From an uncultured delta proteobacterium (GTDB taxonomy: Bacteria; Desulfobacterota; RBG-13-43-22), in assembly GCA_963843145.1 (NCBI GenBank), contig CAWJJC010000022.1, positions 32,001 to 96,000 on the forward strand: a stretch of 64,000 nucleotides of DNA. Direction: 5' to 3'. Below are positions 19,320 to 31,795 of the stretch, in pieces (the stretch's first letter is position 1; every line of letters begins with the position of its first letter). The position numbers and the translations under genes were made by a program. The notes beneath the pieces are model-generated. The model was not told the DNA's origin, did no database searches, and saw only the letters and a list, made by a program, of their open reading frames with translations.

Positions 19320-20453
19320 ATGGAACTGACCATCCAAAAACAACCTTTATTGGATGGACTGCAGATGGTCCAGGGAATTGTGGAAAAGAAGAGTTCTATG
19401 CCTATTCTTTCCAATGTCCTTCTTGAAACCATCGATGAGGGGATTCATATTGTAGCTACGGATCTCCAGATCGGATTGCGTCTTACCTGTCCGGCCAGGA
19501 TAAAGCAACCGGGAGGAATTACCGTTCTAGCGCGTAAATTTTTTGAGATCATCCGGGAATTACCGGATGGTGATATTGATATCCGTTTAAATGAAAATAA
19601 TCGATTATTCATATCCTGCAAGGATATTCAGTACCAGTTGGTCGGATTGCCCCTTTCGGATTTTCCAGCACTACCGGAAACCGAACAAAATCAATTAATC
19701 TCGCTGGAAGGGGCTCTGATTAGAGAAATGATTCAAAAGACCATTTTTTCTATTTCCCTCGAGGATACCCGTTATAACTTGTCGGGAGTCTACTTTGAAC
19801 CTCTGGAAGAGGAAGGTCATAAAATACTGCGGATGGTGGCCACCGATGGACACCGCCTTTCCTTAATGGATAAAGAAATAGGGGAGTTCAATGAGGAAGT
19901 TTTTCCAAAAGGGGTTCTTTTGCCGCGAAAGGCAGTTACCGAACTGCTGAAGATTTTAGACAAACCGGGAGGAATCCAATTCGGGTTTAAAGAGAACAAC
20001 GGGTTGATCATTAAGGATCAAATGTTGTTTATTATGCGGTTATTGGATCGAAAGTTTCCAGACTACAATTTAGTGTTGCCTAAGAAGAAAGATAAAATTA
20101 TCACCATTCCGAAAAATGATTTTTTAGACTCCATGCGCCGTATGGCCGTACTTTCAACGGACAAATACAAGGGCGTTAAAATCATTTTAACTAAAGGAAG
20201 AATGGAAATTCAATCCATCAACCCGGAAATTGGGGAAGCAAAGGAAAGTTTAGCCTTGGAATACAAGGAAGAGAAAATGGATATTGGATTTAACCCCCGC
20301 TATTTTATCGACGCCCTGCAGGTGATGAACAGCGACCAGGTGCTGATGGAACTCAATGACGGAGTCAGCCCGGCCATTTTAAAAGGAGAACAGGATCCGG
20401 GATATTTAGCCTTGATCATGCCGATGAAAATTTTTGATGAGACTGGACAGTAA
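19320..20453 (+). CDS. dnaN: DNA polymerase III beta clamp
   Basis: MPILSNVLL, ATDL, VATDGHRL, FPDY and C-terminal LIMPM motifs. Confidence 0.97.
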   Translation: MELTIQKQPLLDGLQMVQGIVEKKSSMPILSNVLLETIDEGIHIVATDLQIGLRLTCPARIKQPGGITVLARKFFEIIRELPDGDIDIRLNENNRLFISCKDIQYQLVGLPLSDFPALPETEQNQLISLEGALIREMIQKTIFSISLEDTRYNLSGVYFEPLEEEGHKILRMVATDGHRLSLMDKEIGEFNEEVFPKGVLLPRKAVTELLKILDKPGGIQFGFKENNGLIIKDQMLFIMRLLDRKFPDYNLVLPKKKDKIITIPKNDFLDSMRRMAVLSTDKYKGVKIILTKGRMEIQSINPEIGEAKESLALEYKEEKMDIGFNPRYFIDALQVMNSDQVLMELNDGVSPAILKGEQDPGYLALIMPMKIFDETGQ

Positions 20454-20684
20454 GGAAAAAAATAAAAAAATTTTACAAGGACGGAGTCGCCGATAGTGTC
20501 TCAGCCAGGTCCAGCGAGTCCCGATTAACTGCTCCTAACAATTCCTTTTCTAAAATCTTTATTAATACCTCCCAACCTCCCTTTAACCACGCCGTGGCGT
20601 GGCAGGCCGGGGAGGAGTCCGATGAAATAGGTTTTTCCCTTGGAATGAGGAAATCTGGCGGAGATTGGTCGAATTCTTTTTTAA

Positions 20685-23084
<2,400 letters not shown>

Positions 23085-23103
23085 AAAAAATAATGGGAAA
23101 GAT

Positions 23104-25535
23104 ATGAAATTAATACCTCAGGAAGTATCCACCAATATTGAAGACGAGATGAGACGCTCTTACATGGATTATGCCATGAGCGTGATCATCGGCCGGGCCT
23201 TGCCGGACATCCGAGATGGCTTAAAGCCGGTCCACCGCCGAGTCCTTTACTCCATGCGGGAATTGGGAAACGAGTACAACAAGGCCTATAAGAAATCGGC
23301 CCGCATCGTGGGGGATGTCATCGGTAAATACCATCCGCACGGGGATACGGCGGTCTACGACACTATCGTGCGGATGGCCCAGGATTTCTCCCTGCGCTAC
23401 CCTTTAGTGGACGGCCAGGGCAATTTTGGCTCCGTGGACGGCGATTCGCCGGCCGCCATGCGGTATACTGAAATTCGTTTGACCCGTCTGGCGCATGAAT
23501 TTATGGAAGACCTGGACAAGGAGACCGTGGACTTTATCCCCAATTACGACGGATCCCTGACCGAACCGACGGTCCTGCCCACCAGCGTTCCCAACTTGCT
23601 GATCAACGGTTCCTCGGGTATCGCCGTGGGGATGGCCACTAATATTCCGCCTCATAATCTGGGGGAGATCGTTCAGGGGCTGCTGGCGCTGATTGATAAT
23701 CCCGATCTCACCGTACCGAATTTGCTGGCCCATATTCCCGGCCCCGATTTTCCTACCGCCGGGTTTATCTACGGGACGGCCGGCGTCCGGCAGGCCTATG
23801 AGACCGGGAGGGGAATCATCCGGATCCGGGCCCGGGCCATGATCGAAAAGAGAAAAACCCAGAGCAGGGAAAGCATCGTTATCAACGAACTTCCCTATCA
23901 GGTTAATAAAGCCCGGCTGATAGAAAAGATCGCCGAACTGGTCAAAGAGAAAAAAATCGAAGGCATCCAGGACCTGCGGGATGAATCGGATCGAGAAGGG
24001 ATGCGGATCGTTTTAGATCTTAAACGGGATGAAGTGGCCGAGGTTATACTCAATCAGCTTTATAAATTTACGGCCATGGAAACCACTTTTGGGATCATTC
24101 TTTTGGCCATTGTTAAAAATCGACCCCAGATTATGGGTCTGAAGACCATTCTGGTTCATTTTCTGGATTTTCGGCAGGAGATCATCCGCAAGCGGACAGC
24201 CTTTGAACTGCGAGAGGCCGAAAAAAAGGCTCATATTTTGGAAGGCCTGAAGATCGCCATCGATCACTTGGACGAAGTCATTGCGCTGATCCGCAAATCC
24301 AAGAATCCGGCAGAAGCCAAGAGCCAATTGATCAGGAGGTTTGAATTTTCTGAAACCCAGGCTCAGGCCATCCTGGAAATGCGCCTGCAGCGGTTAACGA
24401 ATCTGGAAAGGGAAAAAATCCAGGAGGATTACCGGGAGATTCTAAAGACCATTGAACGATTGAAGGGAATCTTAGCCAGCGAGGCGTTGATTTTAAATAT
24501 CATCCGTGAGGAACTGACGGAACTTAAGAAAAAATTTGGCGATCCCCGGCGGACCGAAATCATCGAAGATACCACGGAGATCAAATTGGAAGACCTGATC
24601 GTGGAAGAGGATATGGCCGTCACCATTTCCCACGCCGGTTATATCAAGCGCAACCCGGTTAGCCTGTACCGCAGCCAACACCGGGGGGGAAAGGGATTAC
24701 CGGCATGGAGACCAAGGAAGATGATTTTGTCGAACATCTCTTCGTGGCCTCCACCCACGATTATTTTCTGTTTCTAACCAATCAAGGCCGGCTTTACTGG
24801 CTAAAAGTCCACGAGATACCCCAGGCCGGCCGTCAAGCCCGGGGCAAGGCCATGGTCAATCTGCTCAACCTGCAACCGCAGGAGAAAGTGGCCACCATCC
24901 TACCGGTCCGGACTTTTGAGGAAGGAAAATACATCTTCATGGTCACCCGAAAAGGTTTGGTCAAGAAAACCGATCTGATGGCCTTCAGCCGACCCCGGTC
25001 CGGAGGAATCATTGCCACCACCATCGTCGAAGGAGATGAAGTAATCGCCGCCGAACTGACCAAAGGAAAACAGGACATCTTTTTGGGGACGCGCAAGGGC
25101 TTATCCATTCGATTCCATGAAGGGGAAGTGCGGGAAATGGGACGGTTGGCCCAAGGGGTTCGCGGCATTCATCTCAAAGAGGACGACTGGGTCGTTGGAA
25201 CCGCCGTGCTGGCCCAGGAAGGGACCTTGCTGACGGTGACCGAGAATGGTTTTGGCAAAAGGACCCATACCGAGGAATATCGAAAGCAGGCTCGGGGCGG
25301 AAAGGGCATTATTACTATGAAGACCACTGAAAGAAACGGGGCGGTGGTCGGGGTCCTGCCGGTAACGGATGATGACGACTTGATGATTATCACGGACGGT
25401 GGAAAAATCATCCGCCTGCGGGTAAATGACCTCTCCATCATTGGTCGGAACACCCAGGGGGTCCGGTTAATCAATTTGGATGAACAGGAAAAATTGGTCG
25501 GCGTCGCCCGGGCGGTGAAACGGGAAGAGGAGTAA
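23104..25535 (+). CDS. gyrA: DNA gyrase subunit A, split by a 1-nt frameshift at ~24683-24695
   Basis: GKYHPHGD and AAMRYT motifs, QHRGGKG GyrA-box; CTD blades continue in ORF 24705-25535. Adding one base joins the two. Confidence 0.93.
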
Positions 25536-25582
25536 CCGTAACGGACGGGTAAGGAGTCCGTCAAGCAGCGAGGGGATCATCG

Positions 25583-26620
25583 ATGGCCGGATTAAAAAAG
25601 AAAAAGCACGTGGGGGTGATCGGTGCCGGGAGCTGGGGCACCGTCCTGGCCCGTTTATTGGCCGACAACGGGCATGCGGTTCAATTATGGTGTTTTGAAG
25701 AAGAGGTGGCCCGACAAATCAGGGAGAGGCGGGAGAACCGGACGTTTCTACCGGGCTTTCAACTGCCGGAATCCATTGAACCGGTCACCGATCTGGTCGA
25801 GGCTATCCACCAAAAGGATATGCTGCTGTTGGTCGTCCCTTCTCATGTGTTTCGAGATGTCCTCAACCGAATGATTCCCAACCTTTCCGCCCTCAAGCCG
25901 GGTTGTCTATGGATCAGTGCCGCCAAGGGAATTGAAACGGAAAGTCTGCTAACGATGACCGGGGTCATGAAGGAGGTCCTGGGAGATGCCTATCCTCCCT
26001 TTATCGGATGTTTGTCCGGACCCAGTTTCGCGCAGGAAGTCGCCCGGGAATTACCCACGGCCATTTCGCTGGGAGCGTTCCAAAAAGAAGCGGCGGAGCG
26101 GGCCCAACAGTTATTCGCCAACGGCTATTTTCGGGTTTATACCAACCGGGATACGCTCGGTTTGGAAATAGGCGGGGCTTTGAAAAATGTGATCGCCTTG
26201 GCAGCCGGTATTTCCGACGGTTTAGGGCTGGGACACAATACCCGGGCGGCAATAATAACTCGGGGGTTAGCGGAAATCAGCCGTCTGGGGATCAAGATGG
26301 GTGCGCAGCAAGCCACCTTTTTTGGGTTGGCCGGCATCGGAGATTTGGTGTTGACCTGTACCGGGGATTTAAGCCGGAATCGTACCGTCGGGCTTCGTCT
26401 GGGAAAGGGCGAAAAATTAAACAGTATCTTAGCTTCCATGACCATGGTGGCGGAAGGAGTTAAGACATCCCGGGCCGCCTATCAACTGGCGCTTCGGGAA
26501 CAAGTGGAAATGCCTATCGTCACCCAGGTCTATGGCCTACTTTACGAGAATCAGGTCCCTCGACGCGCCGTGCGGGATTTGATGAACCGCGATTTGAAGT
26601 CCGAGACCGGGGACGATTAA
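25583..26620 (+). CDS. gpsA: NAD(P)H-dependent glycerol-3-phosphate dehydrogenase
   Basis: GAGSWGT, KGIE, SGPSFA, GALKNV and GDLVLTC...SRN motifs. Confidence 0.97.
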   Translation: MAGLKKKKHVGVIGAGSWGTVLARLLADNGHAVQLWCFEEEVARQIRERRENRTFLPGFQLPESIEPVTDLVEAIHQKDMLLLVVPSHVFRDVLNRMIPNLSALKPGCLWISAAKGIETESLLTMTGVMKEVLGDAYPPFIGCLSGPSFAQEVARELPTAISLGAFQKEAAERAQQLFANGYFRVYTNRDTLGLEIGGALKNVIALAAGISDGLGLGHNTRAAIITRGLAEISRLGIKMGAQQATFFGLAGIGDLVLTCTGDLSRNRTVGLRLGKGEKLNSILASMTMVAEGVKTSRAAYQLALREQVEMPIVTQVYGLLYENQVPRRAVRDLMNRDLKSETGDD

Positions 26621-26630
26621 ATAAATTAGC

Positions 26631-26733
26631 GTTCGCCCTTTGGGTTGGGCGGCCACAACTTATGGTAGGTTAAAGATTAACCTGAAATCGGCACTACCAG
26701 ATATGGGGGGTACCCACCCAAGAGGGTGAAGCG
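26631..26733 (-). mobile_element. Empty (~103-bp) form of the nested inverted-repeat element
   Basis: Reverse complement matches 3465-3503 joined almost directly to 3723-3776, without the inner module. Confidence 0.7.
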
Positions 26734-26883
26734 GTAAATAAGATTTGGAATAGGATTTGCATAATTATTCCTTCGACTTGGTGAACAAAAAGATTTGACA
26801 AAGAGATTTATTTTGCTATATTGCCTTAACCTAGTCCAATTTTGCCCGTTGAATAACCCAATCCTTCATCTGAGGAGAGAGCT

Positions 26884-27723
26884 ATGATAATCAATAGATG
26901 GGCTGCTTTTATTTCCATAGTCCTTTTAGTCATATTCCCGGCCAGTAGTTTCAACGCTTCCGCGAAAAGTACCGCCAAGAAAAAAAATACGGTTTCTTCA
27001 AAAAAGGAAACTCAAAAAAAATCGGCAAAAATTGTCCCAAATGGGAAAAAATCGTCCAAAACCAGGAGAAGACACCATAAAAGAATCGCTCAGGATGCCC
27101 CGCAGGAACCAAAAGTGGGAAATCCGGTGTTCAAGGTTACTCCCTTGGACAACGGGAAATTCCTTATTGAGCCCACGGAGTCATCTCATCAACAGGATAG
27201 TGGTCCGGACCAACTCAGCCTGATTAAAAAGCCGGTTTTCGAGGAAGAGATGAAAAACACGGAGGACTCCAAGGAAACCAAAGACGAATCGGTCAGTTTT
27301 CCGGAACTTTTGGTAGATTTTTCCAAACAACTATTAGGAAAGGCCTACCGGATGGGAGGAAACGGTCAAGGAAATGACGGTATTGATTGTTCGGGGTTCA
27401 TGAAAAAAATCTATCAATCCGTAACCCTGAACCTGCCCCATTCCAGCCGGGAACAGGCCAGGTTTGGTGCCCTGGTGACAACGGACTGGGATCTCAGTCG
27501 TCTTCGAATCGGGGATTTGCTTTTTTTTAAACGGAAACGCGGTACCAATATCGGCCACACCGGGATGTATATTGGCGAGGGGAAGATGATCCATTCCTCG
27601 AGCAAGAAAGGCGTTATTATTACGAATCTGAGGCATTCCGATTATTATAACCGGAATTTCGTCATGGCCCGCCGGTTGTTTATCATGGACGATTCTCAGA
27701 TGGCTCAATTTAAATCCTTTTAG
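26884..27723 (+). CDS. Secreted NlpC/P60 peptidoglycan endopeptidase
   Basis: Signal peptide, Lys-rich linker, DCSG...GHTG...IHSS catalytic triad. Confidence 0.9.
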   Translation: MIINRWAAFISIVLLVIFPASSFNASAKSTAKKKNTVSSKKETQKKSAKIVPNGKKSSKTRRRHHKRIAQDAPQEPKVGNPVFKVTPLDNGKFLIEPTESSHQQDSGPDQLSLIKKPVFEEEMKNTEDSKETKDESVSFPELLVDFSKQLLGKAYRMGGNGQGNDGIDCSGFMKKIYQSVTLNLPHSSREQARFGALVTTDWDLSRLRIGDLLFFKRKRGTNIGHTGMYIGEGKMIHSSSKKGVIITNLRHSDYYNRNFVMARRLFIMDDSQMAQFKSF

Positions 27724-27749
27724 GGGACGGACCCTCGACCCCCGGGGTA

Positions 27750-28769
27750 CTAAAGGATTTCCAACCCCCCCAACAGGCATTCGTTGGCCTCTCCAATCAA
27801 GATCCTCCGATAAGGCCGGTCCAGGTAAGTATTCCGGGCGATCCGAAGCTCGGTAATCGCCATGATAAAAGGGATACTCCGACAAATCCGTTTGAACATT
27901 TTTTCCGGTTCAGGAAAAAAAGAAGTGTAACTCCCCAGGAAATGGCGGATGAAAGGCTCGGACCCCGACCGATTCCGATGACGCCAGAGAAAGGCATGTT
28001 TGATTTCTCCGCAAACCATTCCCAGGTCCCAAACCCGATCGCCGGATTTTACCCGTTCTAGATCAAGTGCCACCAGTTCCCACTTAGAGGGAAAAACAAA
28101 ATTAGTCGGCGTGGCGTCCCCATGGACCAGGACTTGAAAGGCCTCACGGCCTGAGAGTCGACTCAACCATTGCTCAATCAACCCCAAAAAGTCTTTATTT
28201 TCTTCGTTGGAAACCGAGCCCTGCGCGCTGAGCTGGGTCAGCACCTTTCGGTAATAGCTTTGCACCGACTGCCACTCCACCGCTTGTCCACTTTGGGTTT
28301 TCTGATGCAGACCGGCCAAAAAGCAAGCCAAAAGGCCCAGCCGGGTAAACAGGGGGTCCGCTTCATTCTCGTAAATAGCCTGCTGTAAAAAATAGTCTAA
28401 GTTCCTGCCCGCTTCCCATTCTTGGACCAATCCCAGCGGCAACTGATTTCGGTTTCCTAAAGGTCGGGCAACCCGGCAAGGAAAACCGTTGAAACCTAAT
28501 CGGCGCAAGAGAAGCATCTGGTCGTACTCCCTCTCGATCAGTTCCAGATGCCGGTTTTTCACAGATTCCGGCAGAAAACAATATTTGGCGACGACCCGCT
28601 GCTCGGAGGTTTCCTCTGAAAAGAGAAAAACCCAGTGAGATCCTGTCAACGGGGCTATTCGGAACCGAGGTTTTTCCAAGTGAACGCCCAATTGGGGAAA
28701 TACAACCTGAGCTAAGAAGCGAAAGAATGGATGGCGAGGATTAAGAAGCGCTTTATGGTTGAAGGGCAT
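27750..28769 (-). CDS. APH/choline-kinase-like phosphotransferase
   Basis: VAK, HGDATPTNF, DLE and DLG motifs. Confidence 0.8.
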   Translation of the reverse strand: MPFNHKALLNPRHPFFRFLAQVVFPQLGVHLEKPRFRIAPLTGSHWVFLFSEETSEQRVVAKYCFLPESVKNRHLELIEREYDQMLLLRRLGFNGFPCRVARPLGNRNQLPLGLVQEWEAGRNLDYFLQQAIYENEADPLFTRLGLLACFLAGLHQKTQSGQAVEWQSVQSYYRKVLTQLSAQGSVSNEENKDFLGLIEQWLSRLSGREAFQVLVHGDATPTNFVFPSKWELVALDLERVKSGDRVWDLGMVCGEIKHAFLWRHRNRSGSEPFIRHFLGSYTSFFPEPEKMFKRICRSIPFIMAITELRIARNTYLDRPYRRILIGEANECLLGGLEIL

Positions 28770-28851
28770 AGCCTTTAAAAAAAGATTTCCGGATTCGGAA
28801 AAGGTTGAAGGAATCCGGAAATCTTGAAGAGCGGTTCGATGAAGGATGGAA

Positions 28852-30054
28852 TTATTCGTTTTCGATAATGGTCGTCATGCCCATGCCGCCGCCCACGCAG
28901 AGGGTGGCTAATCCCAAGGCGAGGTTGCGGCGCCTCATTTCGTATAGCAGGGAAATGATAATCCGCACCCCGGTAGCTCCCACCGGGTGACCCAGACCGA
29001 TCCCGCTGCCGTTCACGTTGGTAATTTCCCGGTTCAGCCCTAAGCCCCGCTCGCAGGCCAGGTACTGGGAGGCGAAGGCCTCGTTTACTTCAATGAGCTG
29101 GATATCCGAGATGGCCAAGCCGGCCTTTTTTAGACATTTTTCAGTGGCCGGCACCGGGCCGTAGCCCATGAATTTGGGATCCACCCCGGCGACGGCCTGG
29201 GCCACGATTTTGGCCATGGGGGTCAGTCCCAATTCCTGGGCCTGCTGCCGGCTGGTAACCAGGACCGCGGCGGCTCCGTCGTTCAGGCCTGAGGAATTAC
29301 CGGCCGTGACCGTTCCTTCCTTTTTGAAAGCGGGGGCCAACCGCTCCAGGTCGGCCAGGGTCAAGCCGTAACGCACATGTTCATCGGTGTCCACGACCTT
29401 GGGCTCCCCCTTTTTTTGGGGGATGGCCACCGGGACGATTTCCTCTTTAAATCTTCCGGCTTTGATGGCGGCCTCGGCATTGTTGTGGCTGCGCAGGGCC
29501 ACGATATCCTGGTCCTGACGGGAAATGTCGTATTTCTCAGCCAGGTTTTCCGCGGTTTGTCCCATGATATACCCCTTCTTTTCCAGCAGGTTGCTCCCGG
29601 AATGCAGCATTTCCCACATGGCATCGGTCATCTCGCCGTGGGTCAGCCGCTGGCCCCAGCGGGCGGTTTTCAATACATAGGGGGCGCTGCTCATGGACTC
29701 CACCCCGCCGGCCAGGACGAACTGCGAGTCCCCGGTTTTGATCTGCTGGGTGGCGAAGGCCAAAGCGGCCATGGCCGACGAACACTGACGCTGGATGGTG
29801 ACCGCCGGAACTTCAACCGGAATTCCGGCTTTGAGGGCCGCCGTTCGGGCCGTGTTGGCCTCATCCGGGCACTGGACACAGTCCCCTAAAATAAGGTCAT
29901 CGAGCAGACCCGGGTCGATTTTGGAGCGCTGAAGCACTTCATTAATAACCACTGCAGCCAGTTCATAGGCCCGGAGCGTACGGAAGGCCTCTCCGAATTT
30001 GCCGATCGGGGTCCGGGCGGCGGCGACGATAACGACATCGTTTGTATTTTTCAC
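28852..30054 (-). CDS. Thiolase (acetyl-CoA C-acetyltransferase)
   Basis: RTPIG, QCSS, GGVESMS, NEAF, GHPVGATG and LCVGGG motifs. Confidence 0.96.
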   Translation of the reverse strand: MKNTNDVVIVAAARTPIGKFGEAFRTLRAYELAAVVINEVLQRSKIDPGLLDDLILGDCVQCPDEANTARTAALKAGIPVEVPAVTIQRQCSSAMAALAFATQQIKTGDSQFVLAGGVESMSSAPYVLKTARWGQRLTHGEMTDAMWEMLHSGSNLLEKKGYIMGQTAENLAEKYDISRQDQDIVALRSHNNAEAAIKAGRFKEEIVPVAIPQKKGEPKVVDTDEHVRYGLTLADLERLAPAFKKEGTVTAGNSSGLNDGAAAVLVTSRQQAQELGLTPMAKIVAQAVAGVDPKFMGYGPVPATEKCLKKAGLAISDIQLIEVNEAFASQYLACERGLGLNREITNVNGSGIGLGHPVGATGVRIIISLLYEMRRRNLALGLATLCVGGGMGMTTIIENE

Positions 30055-30075
30055 GATGATTTCCTCCTTGAGAAT

Positions 30076-30093
30076 AATGAATTGTCATTCATT
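30076..30093. promoter_or_regulatory. Palindromic operator upstream of the thiolase (TetR/FadR-like)
   Basis: AATGAAT-tgtc-ATTCATT. Confidence 0.5.
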
Positions 30094-30254
30094 TTTACCT
30101 TAAAACCCAAGGGCCGTCAACTCTCAAGTGAACCCGGAGGTTTAATGCTTGTCTTTAATCGATGAAATATTTTACAATCCAATCAGCGAAGAAGGCCTCC
30201 GGGGATAGGCTGCCCCGCCTTGGACCTTATAACTCAAAACTAGGGAGGATAACG

Positions 30255-31679
30255 ATGTCACCAAAACCGACAGACAGGCTTTCACCTTTGATTCAGGCGG
30301 CCGTTCACCTGGACGACGATAACCGGGTGAGTATCTCCAATCTCCAGAAACTTCGGCAAGAAACCATCGATCGACTGATAAACCAAGCTGTTTTTGCCGA
30401 CCCGGAGCAGAAGGCCCTGGCCCGCTGGCTGATCTGGGAACTGGGCTGGAAGCTGGGACTTTATCCGGCCTCCATTCATGATTTTTACCTGGCTAAAGGC
30501 CGGGGGGCCATGGCGGAACGTTTCACGGTACCGGCCATCAACCTGCGGGCCATGGCCTATGACAGTGCCCGGGCGGTCTTTCGGGCGGCCATCCCCCGCA
30601 AGGTCGGCGCCCTGATCTTTGAAATCGCTCGCTCCGAAATCGGCTACACCGATCAACGGCCCCTAGAATATTTTACCGCCGTGCTGGCTGCCGCCATCAA
30701 AGAGGGCTACCAGGGGCCCCTGTTTGTGCAGGGAGACCACTTCCAGGTAAGCGGGAAAAAGTTCAAGGAGCAACCCGATGAGGAAATTCAGGCCATTGAA
30801 CAGCTTATTCAGGAGGCCATTCAGGCGGGTTTCTATAACATCGACATCGATACCTCCACCTTGGTGGATTTAAGTCAGCCCACCATCGACGATCAACAAC
30901 GGGTCAACTGCGAACAGTGCGCCCATTTCACCGCCTTCATCCGCAAACACCAGCCAGCCGGTATCACCGTCTCCGTGGGCGGAGAGATCGGGGAAGTGGG
31001 CGGGAAGAACAGCGACGAGACCGAGCTGCGGGCTTTTATGGACGGCTACCGCCGCGCCCTCCCGGCCGGCTTGGCGGGCTTGTCCAAGATCAGCATCCAG
31101 ACCGGCACCAGTCATGGGGGAGTAGTTCTGCCCGATGGGACCCTGGCCCAGGTGGCCATCGATTTCAATGTCCTAAAAAACCTGTCCGAGATCAGCCGCA
31201 GCAAGTATGGGATGGGCGGTACCGTGCAGCATGGGGCCTCTACCCTGCCGGATGAGGCCTTCAACCAGTTCGTGACCCACGAAGCCATCGAGGTGCACCT
31301 GGCCACCGGGTTTCAAAACATCATCTACGATCACCAGAAATTTCCGGCGGAACTGCGCCGGCGCATGTATGATTACCTCAAGGAGAAGCACGCCAATGAG
31401 TGGAAGTCTGGGAAAACGGAAGAACAGTTTCTTTATAGCGCCCGCAAGAAGGCTTTAGGCCCCTTCAAGGCCGATCTCTGGAATCTCCCCGAAGATATCC
31501 GAGCCGCCCTACGGGCCGGCCAGGAGGAGAAATTCGGGTTCCTGTTCGACCAACTCCGGGTGGGCAATACGCTGGAGCTGGTCAAAAAATACGTTCCCCC
31601 GGTGGAAGTGAAAAAAGGACTCCAGGCTTTTGGATTAGGAAAAAGCGGGGAGGAGGACGTTTCCGATCTGTCGGATTGA
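30255..31679 (+). CDS. Class II fructose-bisphosphate aldolase family protein (long form)
   Basis: VPAIN, QGDH, GEIGEVG, GTSHG and QHGAS motifs; GGGAGG RBS before ATG 30255. Confidence 0.85.
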   Translation: MSPKPTDRLSPLIQAAVHLDDDNRVSISNLQKLRQETIDRLINQAVFADPEQKALARWLIWELGWKLGLYPASIHDFYLAKGRGAMAERFTVPAINLRAMAYDSARAVFRAAIPRKVGALIFEIARSEIGYTDQRPLEYFTAVLAAAIKEGYQGPLFVQGDHFQVSGKKFKEQPDEEIQAIEQLIQEAIQAGFYNIDIDTSTLVDLSQPTIDDQQRVNCEQCAHFTAFIRKHQPAGITVSVGGEIGEVGGKNSDETELRAFMDGYRRALPAGLAGLSKISIQTGTSHGGVVLPDGTLAQVAIDFNVLKNLSEISRSKYGMGGTVQHGASTLPDEAFNQFVTHEAIEVHLATGFQNIIYDHQKFPAELRRRMYDYLKEKHANEWKSGKTEEQFLYSARKKALGPFKADLWNLPEDIRAALRAGQEEKFGFLFDQLRVGNTLELVKKYVPPVEVKKGLQAFGLGKSGEEDVSDLSD

Positions 31680-31795
31680 TATTGACTTATCAAACGGTAT
31701 TTGAAAGAGACTATTTAATTCGGAACCCTTTATCTGCAGCCAGTGATAATTTAATCTGTTGATTATAAACAATCGCGCCCTTAGGGTGCGGTTGT

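Noticed and set aside
24705-25535. Stand-alone GyrA C-terminal domain gene
   Set aside because: It starts mid-blade with no RBS and joins the upstream ORF on adding one base.
27750-28769. Antibiotic resistance gene
   Set aside because: Only fold-level APH motifs and no mobile context.
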